Source of the DNA: Minisyncoccota bacterium
Lineage (GTDB): Bacteria; Patescibacteriota; Minisyncoccia; Phycocordibacterales; UBA2100
NCBI GenBank assembly: GCA_031291875.1
Contig: JARLIE010000300.1
Coordinates: 1-47,551, forward strand
Direction: 5' to 3'
Length of the DNA: 47,551 nt
The notes under the pieces were generated by a model, which did not search any database, was not told where the DNA came from, and worked only from the letters and a program-made list of their open reading frames with translations. Shown one piece after another: positions 27,805 to 37,632 of this stretch. The first letter of the stretch is position 1. Every line of letters begins with the position of its first letter. A program made the position numbers and the translations under genes.

Positions 27805-30800
27805 AACTAGAGTAGATCGAATTGATATACGCTCGAGTCGAAGCGCCGAATATGCCCGTGCCTTTCTTTAGTTTGACGGGCGCAAGTATCTCCTGCGCAT
27901 GCGCGTCTTGGAACTTACTCAGTGCGAGTGCGGTACGCGTACCAAAGTACTGCGTCTCGTGGCCCGGAGAGCCAGGGCCGGAGGTAGCAACGGTAAACCC
28001 ATGACTGTTTAAGTATTTTTGAAGGAGGATGACCTCGGGATCGCTTTGGCGTGGGTGCAGGTTCTTCGTAAACATGAACGACGTCCGCCCGACGCTTGCG
28101 GTACCCATACTCGAAGCGTATACGACCGTTCCGTTGGGATAATCGACTTGAGCTTGGGGCGCGAGGTAGTTGGGGAGACTCGCCGCCGTACCAGTAAAGA
28201 TAGGACCGTTGCTGGTGGATGTTGGTGCTGGCGAACCACCGCCTGAAGTTGCTTGATCGCCAAAAAGAGCGAAGTCAGAAAAGTTGGTCGTGGTGCACGA
28301 GACGGTCTGTGCGGTCGTATTAACGATACAGCTTGAAAGTGGCGACCATGACGGGCTGTCGTAGCGATAAATCCAAAGCGTCGAGGCATCAAGGCCGCTT
28401 ATTTGAGAGGAGGTGTAAGAGAGCGTAACGGTGATCGGCGATGAAAAGGTCGAAAGCGTGGTCGTTGCGTCCGTGAGCGCTTTAATATTGAAAACGGGCG
28501 TCGATGCCTTGGTGAATCCTGAGGGTGTGCCTGCGCCCGCAAAGAAGCTCGTGGCATCGAGCTCGTTCGCTTGGAATGTAGCCGCCGAAGTGGTCCCCGA
28601 GAAATTTGCAGGTACGGTCAGTGAAAGGTTGTCCTGAGTAAGCGAACCTCCCGTTGAGGTTGCAATGGCATTCTCTGCGGTCGCTGAAATCGACGCGCCG
28701 CCGGTACAGCCGGTCGTTTTGAATGTTTGATCAGAACTAGTCGCCGAGTCGGAACCGGCAGTTTGTCCGTACACGGCGTAATGGAACTGGGTGCAAGAAG
28801 GCAATCCTGCGAGCGTTACGCTGTGGCTCGTCACGCGCGGAGCGGTATCTGTTTGCGCTGTGGAAGTTGAATAGGTCGAAGAAAGACCGAACGAAACTCT
28901 CGACGAGGCCGCCGTCACCGTTTGCCAAGTGATCGTCGCGCCGCTCGAGGAGGGTGAAGCTGCAACCAGGGTCGGCGTTGCTCCCACATTTGCGACCGTA
29001 AAGACGACACTACTTGAGGTCGAATAGTTATTGAGGCTGTTGCGCGCGACGGCGAAGGCGAAATGGCTTCCGGAAGAGGTAGCCGTCGAATCCCAGCTCA
29101 GGGAATACGGAGCACTCGTGTCTTCGCTGCCTTGTTTTGCGCCATCGACGTAGAACGTGACGCCGGCAACCGATACATATGAGTCGCTCGCGCTCGCCGA
29201 AAGTGTCACGACAGATGAGGTCGACTCATTCGAAACGGGCGTGGTCAACGAAACGCTTGGTCCCGTATTATCGATGACGAATGAGACCGCGCTCGAGGTC
29301 GCGTAGTTGTTCGAAGTGTCGCGCGCAACCGCGAGCGCCGAATAGGTACCCGTCGACGTGGCAGTCGTATCGTATGTTTCCGTATAGGGTGTGCTCGTTA
29401 TTTCGCTGCCTATTTTCACGCCGTTGAGATAGAACGTGACTCCCGCAACAGCGACATTGTCAGAGGCGGTTGCGGAAAAGGTCATCGTGCTCGAAGTCGC
29501 TTCGCTCGCGATCGGATCGGTGAGGAAAACGGTGGGCGGCGTGGTATCGCCCCCGCCGTTGTATTCATAGGCGCCGATGTCCGGGGCATTGGTGCGCCCC
29601 AAGGTACGTTGGTCGGAGGTCGGAACGGTGATCGTAGCGCCGTTTACGCTGTATGAGGTCGAGGTTCCTTGATCGATGCCGATTGATCCTGCCTGCAGGG
29701 GAATTACGTACGTGCCGGTGTTGCTGTCTTGAGTCAAGGAACCAAGGTTCAAAGTACCTGTCGTACTCGTTCCATACATCACGAACGTGCCGCTCCCGGA
29801 GGTGTTGGTCCAGTCGGAGGTGGTGGTGGCGATACCGGCACCCGGAACGAAGATTCCCAGAATATTATTTCCTTCGCTCGTGAACGTGCCGCCCGTGCGC
29901 TCTACATCAACATTGGTACTACTCGTTGCGAAGTTGCCGGCGACGAGAGTATTACGCAAGTACAACGAGCCGGAACTGAGGTAGAGGCTCGCCAGGGCGC
30001 CGTAGTTGCCGCTGATCGTATCGTTGGTGAGCCAGGCCTTGCCGGTAGTGATACCGATAGCAGCGCCGGCGCCGGTAGATTGCGCATTGTTGCCAGAAAA
30101 GGTGGAATTGGAAATGAGCACCGCGGGGGTAGAGCCGCCGAGTGCAATCGCGCCGCCGGTTGCGCTGGTAACGTTGTTGCGAAACGACGAGTTCTGGATA
30201 GTGGTTGTACCAGCAGAAACGTAGAGGCCCGCGCCGTTGGCAGCGCCGGAGAGGCAGCTAAACATATCGATATGCGAAAGCGTCACCTGTGCACTGCCGG
30301 TTATATCCATACAACCGCCATTCACGGAGCTGAGATTTCCGTATTGCATTGTAAGATTCTTGATCGCTACCGTGAACGCGTTTGCAATGGTGAATACGCG
30401 TTCATTTGCGCTGTTGCTCGTGGCACTCGCTTCAATGATCGTGGAGGTCGGACTCTGGCCCGTAATAGTGAGGTATTTGCCGAGAGTGAAGCCACTCGTT
30501 ACGGCGTCTCCCGTTTCGCCGGCACTCGCCCAATTGAACGTGCCCGTGAGATTTATCGTATCGCCGTCGACGGCTGCGTTGTATGCCTTTGTGAAGGTCG
30601 CATAGGGATTACCGCTCGAGCCATTACCCGTCGAATCATTACCGGTCGAGGAATTTGAATAGATGGTGGTTCCGGTGTACACACCACGCAAGATGGGGTT
30701 GGTGCTCGTTGCGCTCGTCAGATATTGCTGGTACCCAGAGGTGCCGTTGTATTCGACGACATCGACAACGTATGGCTGCCCATACTGCAAATTGGAAACA

Positions 30801-32701
30801 GTGACGCTGGTGCCACTACCGTTGGCTACGGTGTACCATCCGGTGGTGCCGATCTGGGTTCCCGAGCCAAATACCGTGCTGGGCGTGTAGGAGGTGTTGT
30901 TCACTGCAGGCGCGGTGGAGGTGCTCGTGGTCGCCGCTATAAAGACGTCGCTGTCCGCACCGTTGCCATTGGTCCAGGTAATGGTCGCCGAGCCACCCGA
31001 TATCGAACCGAACGAAACGCTTTTGGCGGGAATCGTCGGGGTCGTGTAGGAAATTGTCGATGTCGCAGCCGGGTTGCCTGTCGATGTCGCAGAGAGATAT
31101 TGTTCGCTGCCAGGGTTGCCGTTAAGCTCCACTACCTGAACGTCATAGGTTGTACTTGCGGAAAGCCCCGCAATGCTCACGCTTGTTCCGGTGCCCTTGT
31201 ATACGGCGTACCAGCCGCTTGAGCCGATCTGCGTCCCGGAACCAAAGGTGGCATTCGCTGTATAGGTCGTATTGTTTACTGGTACGGCGGCGGCCGAAGG
31301 GCTGGAGGTCGCGGCGACCAACACCAATTGCAGGCCGCCGTTGCCGTTGGTCCAGCTCGCCGTCATTGACGATTGCGTAACGCTCGAAAAGGTAACATTG
31401 CTGGCGGAAACCGTCGGAGCGCTTTCCGAGAGCTGCGCATTGTATTCATACGCTCCGATACCTGGCGGATTATTACGGTACAGCCCGCGCTGATCGGTAA
31501 ACGGCACACTGACACCGTTGTTGGAGGTGAACGTTCCTGCGCCGATCGCGGCGGATCCTGACGAGAGCGCGAGCGTTTGAGTCTGATTGGTCGCGCTGTT
31601 ATTCGCAAGCGTATTCGAGAGGTTTACCGTCGTCGTCGTGCCGACGATGTTGTGGTTCGTCCCATTGGTGAAGTTGGTTCCGTTGATCTGCGAACCGACG
31701 ATGTTGTAGGAACTGACGACTGTCGCGCCACCCACATCCCAGTCGGCCGAGCCGTTCGGGTTTGTATTGCCGAAGATCAAGTTGTTCTCAAGATACAGCG
31801 GTGCCGCTCCGGACTCGGTCTGGACGCCGCCGGCATCGTTGGTGCTGCTCGCGGTGTTATACGCGATCGTGTTGTTGGTGAGAATTACCGTATCGCTCCC
31901 GCTATTGTAGAAATCATTGAACGCGTCGGATTGCGAGTTGCCGGTAAAGGTCGAGTTGGTGACGATCATTGAGCCGTAGTAGCCACTGATCGCAGAGCCG
32001 GTCGTCTTCGCGCTGTTGCCGACGAACGTGGAATTGGTGATTGTCGATAGTCCTTGGGAGAGTTGCAAACCGCCACCGAACTCGTTGGAGGAACCTTCTG
32101 CGGAGTTTCCTTGGACGGTACAGTTGTTCATCGTAAACGTATTAGAACCACCTGTATAGAAATCGTAGTATGCGCCGCCATAGCCGTTGGTGGCGTAATT
32201 GTCATTTAAGATGCAGTTTTGGAAGGTGATGTTGTCACCACTGTTGCTCGCACCGATCGATACGCCTCCGCCATTGCTCGCAACATTGCCGTACTGGATG
32301 GTCAGGTTTTCGAACGTGACCGTTAAATTGGAGCTGGCCATCGAAAATACTCGACGATTTGCCGTGCCGGGGGTCGATGAGGCTTGGACAATTGTGGAGG
32401 TCGCGCTCTGGCCCGTAATCGTGATGTTCTTATTGATTGTAAAGCCGGTCGTAACGGTCGTCGTTTCCGAAGCATTCGACCAGTCAAAGGTGCCGGTCAG
32501 GTTGATTGTGTCGCCAGAACTTGCCGCTGCGTATGCTTTGGTGAATGTTTGATACGGGTTACCGCTCGTGCCGGCGCCAGTCGTGTCGGAGCCGGTCGAG
32601 GAGTTGGCATAGATCGTCGCAGCAGAGGCGACGGTGGCACAGGCGAAGAAGCTCGCTGTGCATGCAAGAATGATGAGTATGCGGCTGTGTGAGCCTCTCA
32701 T
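27803..32701 (-). CDS. Large secreted surface protein: 2x beta-helix/choice-of-anchor Q, FN3, 2x Ig (Big), peptidoglycan-binding C-terminus
   Basis: Signal peptide; duplicated TIY.NSSTG.D.TG.G.SGNPY.TFTKAY module; DQR....P.IGAYEY twice; ASDNVAVAGVTFY Ig repeats; LQKYLN..G...YFG.RT. Confidence 0.85.
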   Translation of the reverse strand: MRGSHSRILIILACTASFFACATVASAATIYANSSTGSDTTGAGTSGNPYQTFTKAYAAASSGDTINLTGTFDWSNASETTTVTTGFTINKNITITGQSATSTIVQASSTPGTANRRVFSMASSNLTVTFENLTIQYGNVASNGGGVSIGASNSGDNITFQNCILNDNYATNGYGGAYYDFYTGGSNTFTMNNCTVQGNSAEGSSNEFGGGLQLSQGLSTITNSTFVGNSAKTTGSAISGYYGSMIVTNSTFTGNSQSDAFNDFYNSGSDTVILTNNTIAYNTASSTNDAGGVQTESGAAPLYLENNLIFGNTNPNGSADWDVGGATVVSSYNIVGSQINGTNFTNGTNHNIVGTTTTVNLSNTLANNSATNQTQTLALSSGSAAIGAGTFTSNNGVSVPFTDQRGLYRNNPPGIGAYEYNAQLSESAPTVSASNVTFSSVTQSSMTASWTNGNGGLQLVLVAATSSPSAAAVPVNNTTYTANATFGSGTQIGSSGWYAVYKGTGTSVSIAGLSASTTYDVQVVELNGNPGSEQYLSATSTGNPAATSTISYTTPTIPAKSVSFGSISGGSATITWTNGNGADSDVFIAATTSTSTAPAVNNTSYTPSTVFGSGTQIGTTGWYTVANGSGTSVTVSNLQYGQPYVVDVVEYNGTSGYQQYLTSATSTNPILRGVYTGTTIYSNSSTGNDSTGNGSSGNPYATFTKAYNAAVDGDTINLTGTFNWASAGETGDAVTSGFTLGKYLTITGQSPTSTIIEASATSNSANERVFTIANAFTVAIKNLTMQYGNLSSVNGGCMDITGSAQVTLSHIDMFSCLSGAANGAGLYVSAGTTTIQNSSFRNNVTSATGGAIALGGSTPAVLISNSTFSGNNAQSTGAGAAIGITTGKAWLTNDTISGNYGALASLYLSSGSLYLRNTLVAGNFATSSTNVDVERTGGTFTSEGNNILGIFVPGAGIATTTSDWTNTSGSGTFVMYGTSTTGTLNLGSLTQDSNTGTYVIPLQAGSIGIDQGTSTSYSVNGATITVPTSDQRTLGRTNAPDIGAYEYNGGGDTTPPTVFLTDPIASEATSSTMTFSATASDNVAVAGVTFYLNGVKIGSEITSTPYTETYDTTATSTGTYSALAVARDTSNNYATSSAVSFVIDNTGPSVSLTTPVSNESTSSVVTLSASASDSYVSVAGVTFYVDGAKQGSEDTSAPYSLSWDSTATSSGSHFAFAVARNSLNNYSTSSSVVFTVANVGATPTLVAASPSSSGATITWQTVTAASSRVSFGLSSTYSTSTAQTDTAPRVTSHSVTLAGLPSCTQFHYAVYGQTAGSDSATSSDQTFKTTGCTGGASISATAENAIATSTGGSLTQDNLSLTVPANFSGTTSAATFQANELDATSFFAGAGTPSGFTKASTPVFNIKALTDATTTLSTFSSPITVTLSYTSSQISGLDASTLWIYRYDSPSWSPLSSCIVNTTAQTVSCTTTNFSDFALFGDQATSGGGSPAPTSTSNGPIFTGTAASLPNYLAPQAQVDYPNGTVVYASSMGTASVGRTSFMFTKNLHPRQSDPEVILLQKYLNSHGFTVATSGPGSPGHETQYFGTRTALALSKFQDAHAQEILAPVKLKKGTGIFGASTRAYINSIYSS

Positions 32702-32751
32702 TGCCAAGGATTATACCAGTCGTGTGTAGCTCTATGGAACAGTGTTCGTGA

Positions 32752-33888
32752 TCAAAGATCGCCGTTCTTGATGCGGCGGCGTAGTTCGTGCGCCTGCGCG
32801 TTGAGGAAGTGTAGGTTGTGATACGACATGAGCTTCATGCCGCTAAGCTCGTGCGCGCGCATGAGGTGACTGATATAGCTGCGCGAATAGGTTTTGCAAA
32901 TATCGCACGTGCAGGTCTTGTCGAGCGGCTTTTGGTCCGTAAGAAAGCGACGATTGCGAATGTCGATGCGGCCGCTCGAGGTGAATGCGACACCGCGGCG
33001 CGCGTAGTGCGTAGGCGCGATGCAATCAAAGGTATCCGCGCCCGCGCTCGCGATGTAGGGAAAATCCTCCGGGTGCCCGACGCCAAGGAGGTGTCGTGGC
33101 TTGTCGGCCGGCAAAAGATCGGTAACTTCGCCCACAACTTTCTTGAGTGAGCGTTTGTCGTAGCCAAATTCTCCTCCGATGCCAAATCCATCAAAGGGCA
33201 GTGCGCCTATCTGCGCTGCACTGTGCGCTCGCAATTCGCTAAAAGCGCCGCCTTGCACGATTCCATACAATGCCTGCTTCGAGGTACGCGCTTTGAGGCA
33301 GAGCGCTGCCCAGCGATGGGTTCTTTCTACTGACGTGCGCATGTATTCGATATTCGCAAGCGGAGAAGGGCATTCATCGAATGCAAACATAATATCTGCG
33401 CCGAGCGATTGCTGAATACGGATCGATTCTTTGGGCCCAAGGAAAAGCGGTGTGCCGTCTAGAGGGGAGCGGAAATACACCCCCTCTTCGGTGATCTTGA
33501 GGGCGTGAGGCTGACTGCCTTCGACGAGATTTTTCTCCTGCTCGTCCTTCAATGCTTTTCCCATGCCGTGATCTTTGCCGAAACCGAGGCTAAATACCTG
33601 GAAGCCCCCGGAATCGGTCATGAGCGGCTTGTCCCAGTTCATAAATCCATGGATGCCGCCCGCTTTTTTCATAATTTTCTCTCCGGGTGCGACGTAGAGG
33701 TGATAGGTGTTGCAGATAAGAACTTGCGAGCCGACCTCGGCGACCTCCTCACTATCGAGCGTGCGCACGGTCGCGCGCGTCGCGACCGGCACGAACGCCG
33801 GTGTTTCGATATCGCCGTGGGGTGTCGAAATGACGCCAAGGCGAGCGCGGGATTTTTTGGAGCGTTTGAGTACTTTGAATTCGAGCAT
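32752..33888 (-). CDS. tgt: tRNA-guanine transglycosylase
   Basis: TPAFVPVAT, NTYHL, TDSGGFQVFSL, DEC, GIVQGG, PRHLLGVG, Zn site CTCDIC...H. Confidence 0.96.
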   Translation of the reverse strand: MLEFKVLKRSKKSRARLGVISTPHGDIETPAFVPVATRATVRTLDSEEVAEVGSQVLICNTYHLYVAPGEKIMKKAGGIHGFMNWDKPLMTDSGGFQVFSLGFGKDHGMGKALKDEQEKNLVEGSQPHALKITEEGVYFRSPLDGTPLFLGPKESIRIQQSLGADIMFAFDECPSPLANIEYMRTSVERTHRWAALCLKARTSKQALYGIVQGGAFSELRAHSAAQIGALPFDGFGIGGEFGYDKRSLKKVVGEVTDLLPADKPRHLLGVGHPEDFPYIASAGADTFDCIAPTHYARRGVAFTSSGRIDIRNRRFLTDQKPLDKTCTCDICKTYSRSYISHLMRAHELSGMKLMSYHNLHFLNAQAHELRRRIKNGDL

Positions 33889-33986
33889 ACAGAATGTGCG
33901 TGCAGCATAACGTATTGCGAGCATCGCGTATATTGTCGACGTTCGTAGGTGCTACACTCTGTATTATCGTTTATTCCACATTTTGT

Positions 33987-34052
33987 ATGGCAAAGGGAAA
34001 CAGCTCGCGCAGAAAAGAAGTCAAGAAACCAAAGAAATCCAAAAAGAAATAG
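33987..34052 (+). CDS. Unannotated 21-aa basic peptide
   Basis: MAKGNSSRRKEVKKPKKSKKK; TGCTACACT promoter at about 33950. Confidence 0.6.
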   Translation: MAKGNSSRRKEVKKPKKSKKK

Positions 34053-34063
34053 CTCGGTCGCAA

Positions 34064-34267
34064 TTAGAGCAGACCCGCTCGAAGCGAAAGCCATCCGATC
34101 CAGAGGACCAGGACTAGGTAATAGAGTGCCCAGCCGGGCGCAGGAGGGAACACACGCGACACGAGCCTGAAATGCTTGAAGTACCACTTTTGCCCGAACA
34201 TCGCGACCATGTTCGCGGCGATACTGTCGATGCATAGCAGGTAAAAAATGAATGCATCAATGGTCAT
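34064..34267 (-). CDS. Small 2-TM hypothetical protein
   Basis: Leaderless promoter TGCTATACT 6 nt upstream; hydrophobic helices. Confidence 0.7.
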   Translation of the reverse strand: MTIDAFIFYLLCIDSIAANMVAMFGQKWYFKHFRLVSRVFPPAPGWALYYLVLVLWIGWLSLRAGLL

Positions 34268-34312
34268 GCGGAAAGTATAGCAGTATTAGAACATGTGTGC
34301 TTCAACTCAGGC

Positions 34313-34654
34313 ATGTTCGCGTTCCTCTATAATCCCGCGATCGCATGGATTCTCGTTGTGGTCGCCACGGTTATTGAAACGGCTTGGTTCGTCGTTCTCA
34401 AGCAATCTTCCGGGCTACAGGCGTGGCCATGGAACCTTATTGGTTATCTTATGGTTTTTCTGGATATACCATTGCTTTCAATTGCACTTAAAAATCTTCC
34501 CGCTGGCAGTGTTTATGCCTTCTGGACGGGAACTTCCGCCGTTGCGATTGCAATAATCGGCATTTGGTTCTTCGGGGAATCCACCAGTTTCTGGAGACTC
34601 TTTTTTATTGGAATAGTCGTGATTGGCATAATTGGAGTAAATCTCACTGGTTGA
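34313..34654 (+). CDS. SMR/DMT small multidrug-type transporter
   Basis: 4 TM; membrane Glu (IETAW), P.GSVYAFWTG, FFGE. Confidence 0.88.
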   Translation: MFAFLYNPAIAWILVVVATVIETAWFVVLKQSSGLQAWPWNLIGYLMVFLDIPLLSIALKNLPAGSVYAFWTGTSAVAIAIIGIWFFGESTSFWRLFFIGIVVIGIIGVNLTG

Positions 34655-34725
34655 GTAAGCGATATCCAAAAAACAAAATAGCCCGCATCTTAGGGCTATT
34701 TGAGGTCTACAAAAGAGAGTGTTTC

Positions 34726-34917
34726 TTATCGAGAATTGTGGCGTCCGAGATACCAGACTCGAAGTGCCGGAAGTATCGCGATTGATAGGATTGCTGCAAT
34801 GATTTTTCCCCAACGGGAATGTTCTCCTGTGAGAATTAAGAAAAACCAGATATAGATGTTGATGTCGCTGGGGAGTGCGAAAAGTTCAGCCGTGTATTCG
34901 TCGAAGAACTTCCTCAT
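34726..34917 (-). CDS. Small membrane hypothetical protein
   Basis: SD AAGGAGG before ATG 34917; hydrophobic segments. Confidence 0.45.
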   Translation of the reverse strand: MRKFFDEYTAELFALPSDINIYIWFFLILTGEHSRWGKIIAAILSIAILPALRVWYLGRHNSR

Positions 34918-35055
34918 GACCACCTCCTTAGGTCGTTCTGCTAGAACGCTACCATGACGCTAGAGCAGAGACAAAGAAATCACTGATCCGGCTCACGCTT
35001 GCATCGGCTCGCGAGCCGACGCCATTTCATTTGGAGATTTGGTAATATCATAGAT

Positions 35056-35619
35056 ATGAGAAAACTAATTGTATTTAGTCATTTATCACTCGATGGAATA
35101 GCGGCGATACCTAGCGGTAATTTGAATTGGATTTCCTATGATAAAGACTTGCAAGCGTGGGCCGAGACAATCGTGGCGGATACAAGCACTGCTTTGTATG
35201 GTCGTGTTACGTATGAACTGATGAAATACTGGAAAACAGTTCCCTTGAATCCAGACGCCTCAAAACACGATCTAGAGCATGCGCGCTGGATTGAAAATGT
35301 GGAGAAAATAGTTGTTTCAGAGCCTGATCTGATACCGGATTGGAATAATGCAAGGGTAATCAGTGAAAATATTGAAGCGGAAATTCTAAAACTAAAAGAG
35401 CAGCCAGGCAAAAACATCACCGTATTCGGGAGCCCGACGGTTGCAAATCTTCTCATCAAGATTGGGCTGGCGGATGAATTTCAGCTTTCAATTAATCCAG
35501 TAATCCTGGGTGATGGAAAGTTCCTCTTTAAAGACATCAACAATACAAAATTAAAGCTTCTTGAAGAAAACAGCTTTGCATCGGGTGTAACCACGCTTCA
35601 TTATCAACTAATAAAATAG
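35056..35619 (+). CDS. Dihydrofolate reductase-family (RibD C-terminal-like) protein
   Basis: MRKLIV...SLDG, GRVTYE, LKEQPGKNI.VFGS, DEFQL.INPVILGDGK.LF. Confidence 0.92.
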   Translation: MRKLIVFSHLSLDGIAAIPSGNLNWISYDKDLQAWAETIVADTSTALYGRVTYELMKYWKTVPLNPDASKHDLEHARWIENVEKIVVSEPDLIPDWNNARVISENIEAEILKLKEQPGKNITVFGSPTVANLLIKIGLADEFQLSINPVILGDGKFLFKDINNTKLKLLEENSFASGVTTLHYQLIK

Positions 35620-35750
35620 GCCCTATACCGTTGAAAAATGGGGTCCGACTCCACTTATTTCGTCCACAATATAAGGCGAAACAAATCGGCTTAGTATGAC
35701 GTATTATGGGGGGACAGGTTGTTTATTAATAGTAACTGTTTATAGGTTCT

Positions 35751-36203
35751 ATGTATAAAAAAGTATTAGCTACCACGGTCTTGATCACAGGATTGGCTGC
35801 CGCAGTGCCGGCTTTCGCACAATCGACCACGACCCCGGCTGTGACGACAAGTACGTCTTCAACGGTTACGACGAAGATTGCTTGTGTAGGAGCTGCTGTG
35901 AATGCGCGCGAGCACTCGATCGGCACCGCGATGAGCACGCTCACTACAGCAGAGAACTCTGCATATAGCGCACGTGCGACCGCACTTCAGCAGGCATACA
36001 CACTGACAACACTCAGTGCAGTAAAAGCTGCTGTAAAGACCGCATGGTCGACGTTCTCTTCCTCAATGAAGAGTGCGCGCCAGACGTGGCAGACTTCACG
36101 CAACAGCGCATGGGCGACATACCGCACAGCAGCAGTTGCTTGCAAAGCTCCCGCCGGAACTGGTGACGGAGTAAATTCAGGAAGCGAGGCAAGTGGTAAC
36201 TAA
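35751..36203 (+). CDS. Secreted helical hypothetical protein
   Basis: Signal peptide (PAFA/Q), Cys pair, Ala/Thr-rich helices. Confidence 0.75.
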   Translation: MYKKVLATTVLITGLAAAVPAFAQSTTTPAVTTSTSSTVTTKIACVGAAVNAREHSIGTAMSTLTTAENSAYSARATALQQAYTLTTLSAVKAAVKTAWSTFSSSMKSARQTWQTSRNSAWATYRTAAVACKAPAGTGDGVNSGSEASGN

Positions 36204-36220
36204 TTTCTAGTGCCAAGTAC

Positions 36221-36250
36221 ACAAAAGCCGCTTTAAAGAGCGGCTTTTGT
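36221..36250 (+). terminator. Intrinsic terminator
   Basis: ACAAAAGCCGCT-TTAAAG-AGCGGCTTTTGT. Confidence 0.85.
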
Positions 36251-36271
36251 GTTTTCATGCTTCGCAAGTGA

Positions 36272-36706
36272 GTGTACGTAGATTGCATTACCGTGACGCA
36301 ATGGATCTATGGTTACCGGAGTGAGATTCTAAAAGCGGCACTAAAAGCCTTCCAGATCGCAAGTAATATTGAGCTTGCAACTGGCTACTTTGGTCCTAAA
36401 ACGCATGCGCTCATTAAAACTTTGGCAAACGCGTCTTCTACGGCATCCGTCATTTCAATGGCAACTTCCACAGCATTTACTCGTGATCTTCAGGAAGGTA
36501 TGAGCGGCCCAGACGTTACGCTTTTGCAAACATTGCTCATACACGACAATGCAGGCCCCGCCGCTCAAACGCTCTTACAAACTGGTACCAGCACCTACTT
36601 TGGCTCCGTCACGAAAGCGGCCTTAATCGAATATCAGCAACAGCAGAACATTGTTCCGGCCCTAGGGTATTTCGGCCTTAAAACAAGGGCGATCATGGTT
36701 CAGTGA
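36272..36706 (+). pseudogene. C-terminal peptidoglycan-binding-domain fragment of a surface protein
   Basis: Begins mid-domain (KAALKAFQ...GYFGPKT), then a full RDLQEGMSGPDVTLLQ...YFG..TKAAL.EYQ domain; no signal peptide or good start. Confidence 0.55.
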
Positions 36707-36842
36707 CAGGCGGGGAAATGTACTCTAAAAGTGGGGTTGGGGTACCCCGGCTCTATATTTGGGGTAATCTGAATTTGCAATGAACCCTAGCAAATCAAGC
36801 TAACCATTGAGGAAATAAGCCAAGATTTCGATGTGGATAACC

Positions 36843-36930
36843 TTGTGTAATTTGCGCAATTTGATATACTCACACACGAATCAATACGAAAGAGGGCCCA
36901 AAAGGTGTTAGTGCCTAAGGGCCCTTTTTC
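36843..36930 (+). ncRNA. Promoter plus ~55-nt hairpin transcript convergent on the NYN gene
   Basis: TTGTGT-16-TATACT (TG-extended), then hairpin GAAAGAGGGCCC...GGGCCCTTTTTC (36888-36930); no ORF. Confidence 0.35.
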
Positions 36931-36933
36931 AAT

Positions 36934-37452
36934 TTATGCGTGCTTATATTCAATCTTTTTCCGTACATCTGCGTCTCCAAGATTGGCAAAAAATTCACTC
37001 CCCATCTTTTTATACAGAGAGGAGGCAAACTCGGAATTAGGGAAAAGCATTTTCCCGAACTTCTCTTTCTTGATTAGGAAATCAACCATCTTTTTATAGT
37101 CGCCATCTCCTGAGACGATATAAATCTTTCCCGTCAACTCACCCTCAACGAGCTTTCTCATCACATTAAAAATGATGTCACAATCAACATTTCCTTTCTT
37201 TTTACCCTTAAGCGCTGCGGAATGCTCACGAAAGGAAAGAATAAATCCTGCTTTTTGAAGATTATCGTAGAGATCTTGTTCACCCTCTGAGATATAGCCC
37301 AAGAAGTAATAGGCTTCTCCAACTTTGTATTTATCTTTTAGGTAGGTGCGTAAACGTGCGTGATTTACGGCCCAACCTTTCTCCTTAGTGCCCAAATGTA
37401 GATTTTGTCCATCGATGAAGGCGAGATTGGGATTTTGCGGATCGATTGTCAT
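36934..37452 (-). CDS. NYN/LabA-family (PIN-like) ribonuclease
   Basis: AFIDGQNL, KGNVDCD, VSGDGDY acidic motifs. Confidence 0.92.
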   Translation of the reverse strand: MTIDPQNPNLAFIDGQNLHLGTKEKGWAVNHARLRTYLKDKYKVGEAYYFLGYISEGEQDLYDNLQKAGFILSFREHSAALKGKKKGNVDCDIIFNVMRKLVEGELTGKIYIVSGDGDYKKMVDFLIKKEKFGKMLFPNSEFASSLYKKMGSEFFANLGDADVRKKIEYKHA

Positions 37453-37632
37453 AAAATAGCCGATAAGGCTTCGCAAATAATACCATTTTTAGCCTCTAAT
37501 AAATCGTGGGAAAAACCTCCATTATTAACTTCGCACACTCGAGGTTGTGCGAAGCTAGCATCCCTACAATAAATGCGAAAGGGGAGTGTGTGGACAAAGA
37601 TCATGGCTCACCGAATTTAAGAAAAACCACCT

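Noticed and set aside
29729-30658. 309-aa plus-strand ORF and similar overlapping ORFs across the window
   Set aside because: Shadow frames of well-supported genes in GC-rich coding DNA
34313-34654. Guanidine riboswitch upstream of the SMR gene
   Set aside because: Only about 45 bp separate it from the divergent gene; no ykkC or ACGR twin-hairpin motif
36832-36840. DnaA box as a sign of oriC
   Set aside because: Only one perfect box and scattered imperfect ones; no cluster and no dnaA/dnaN nearby
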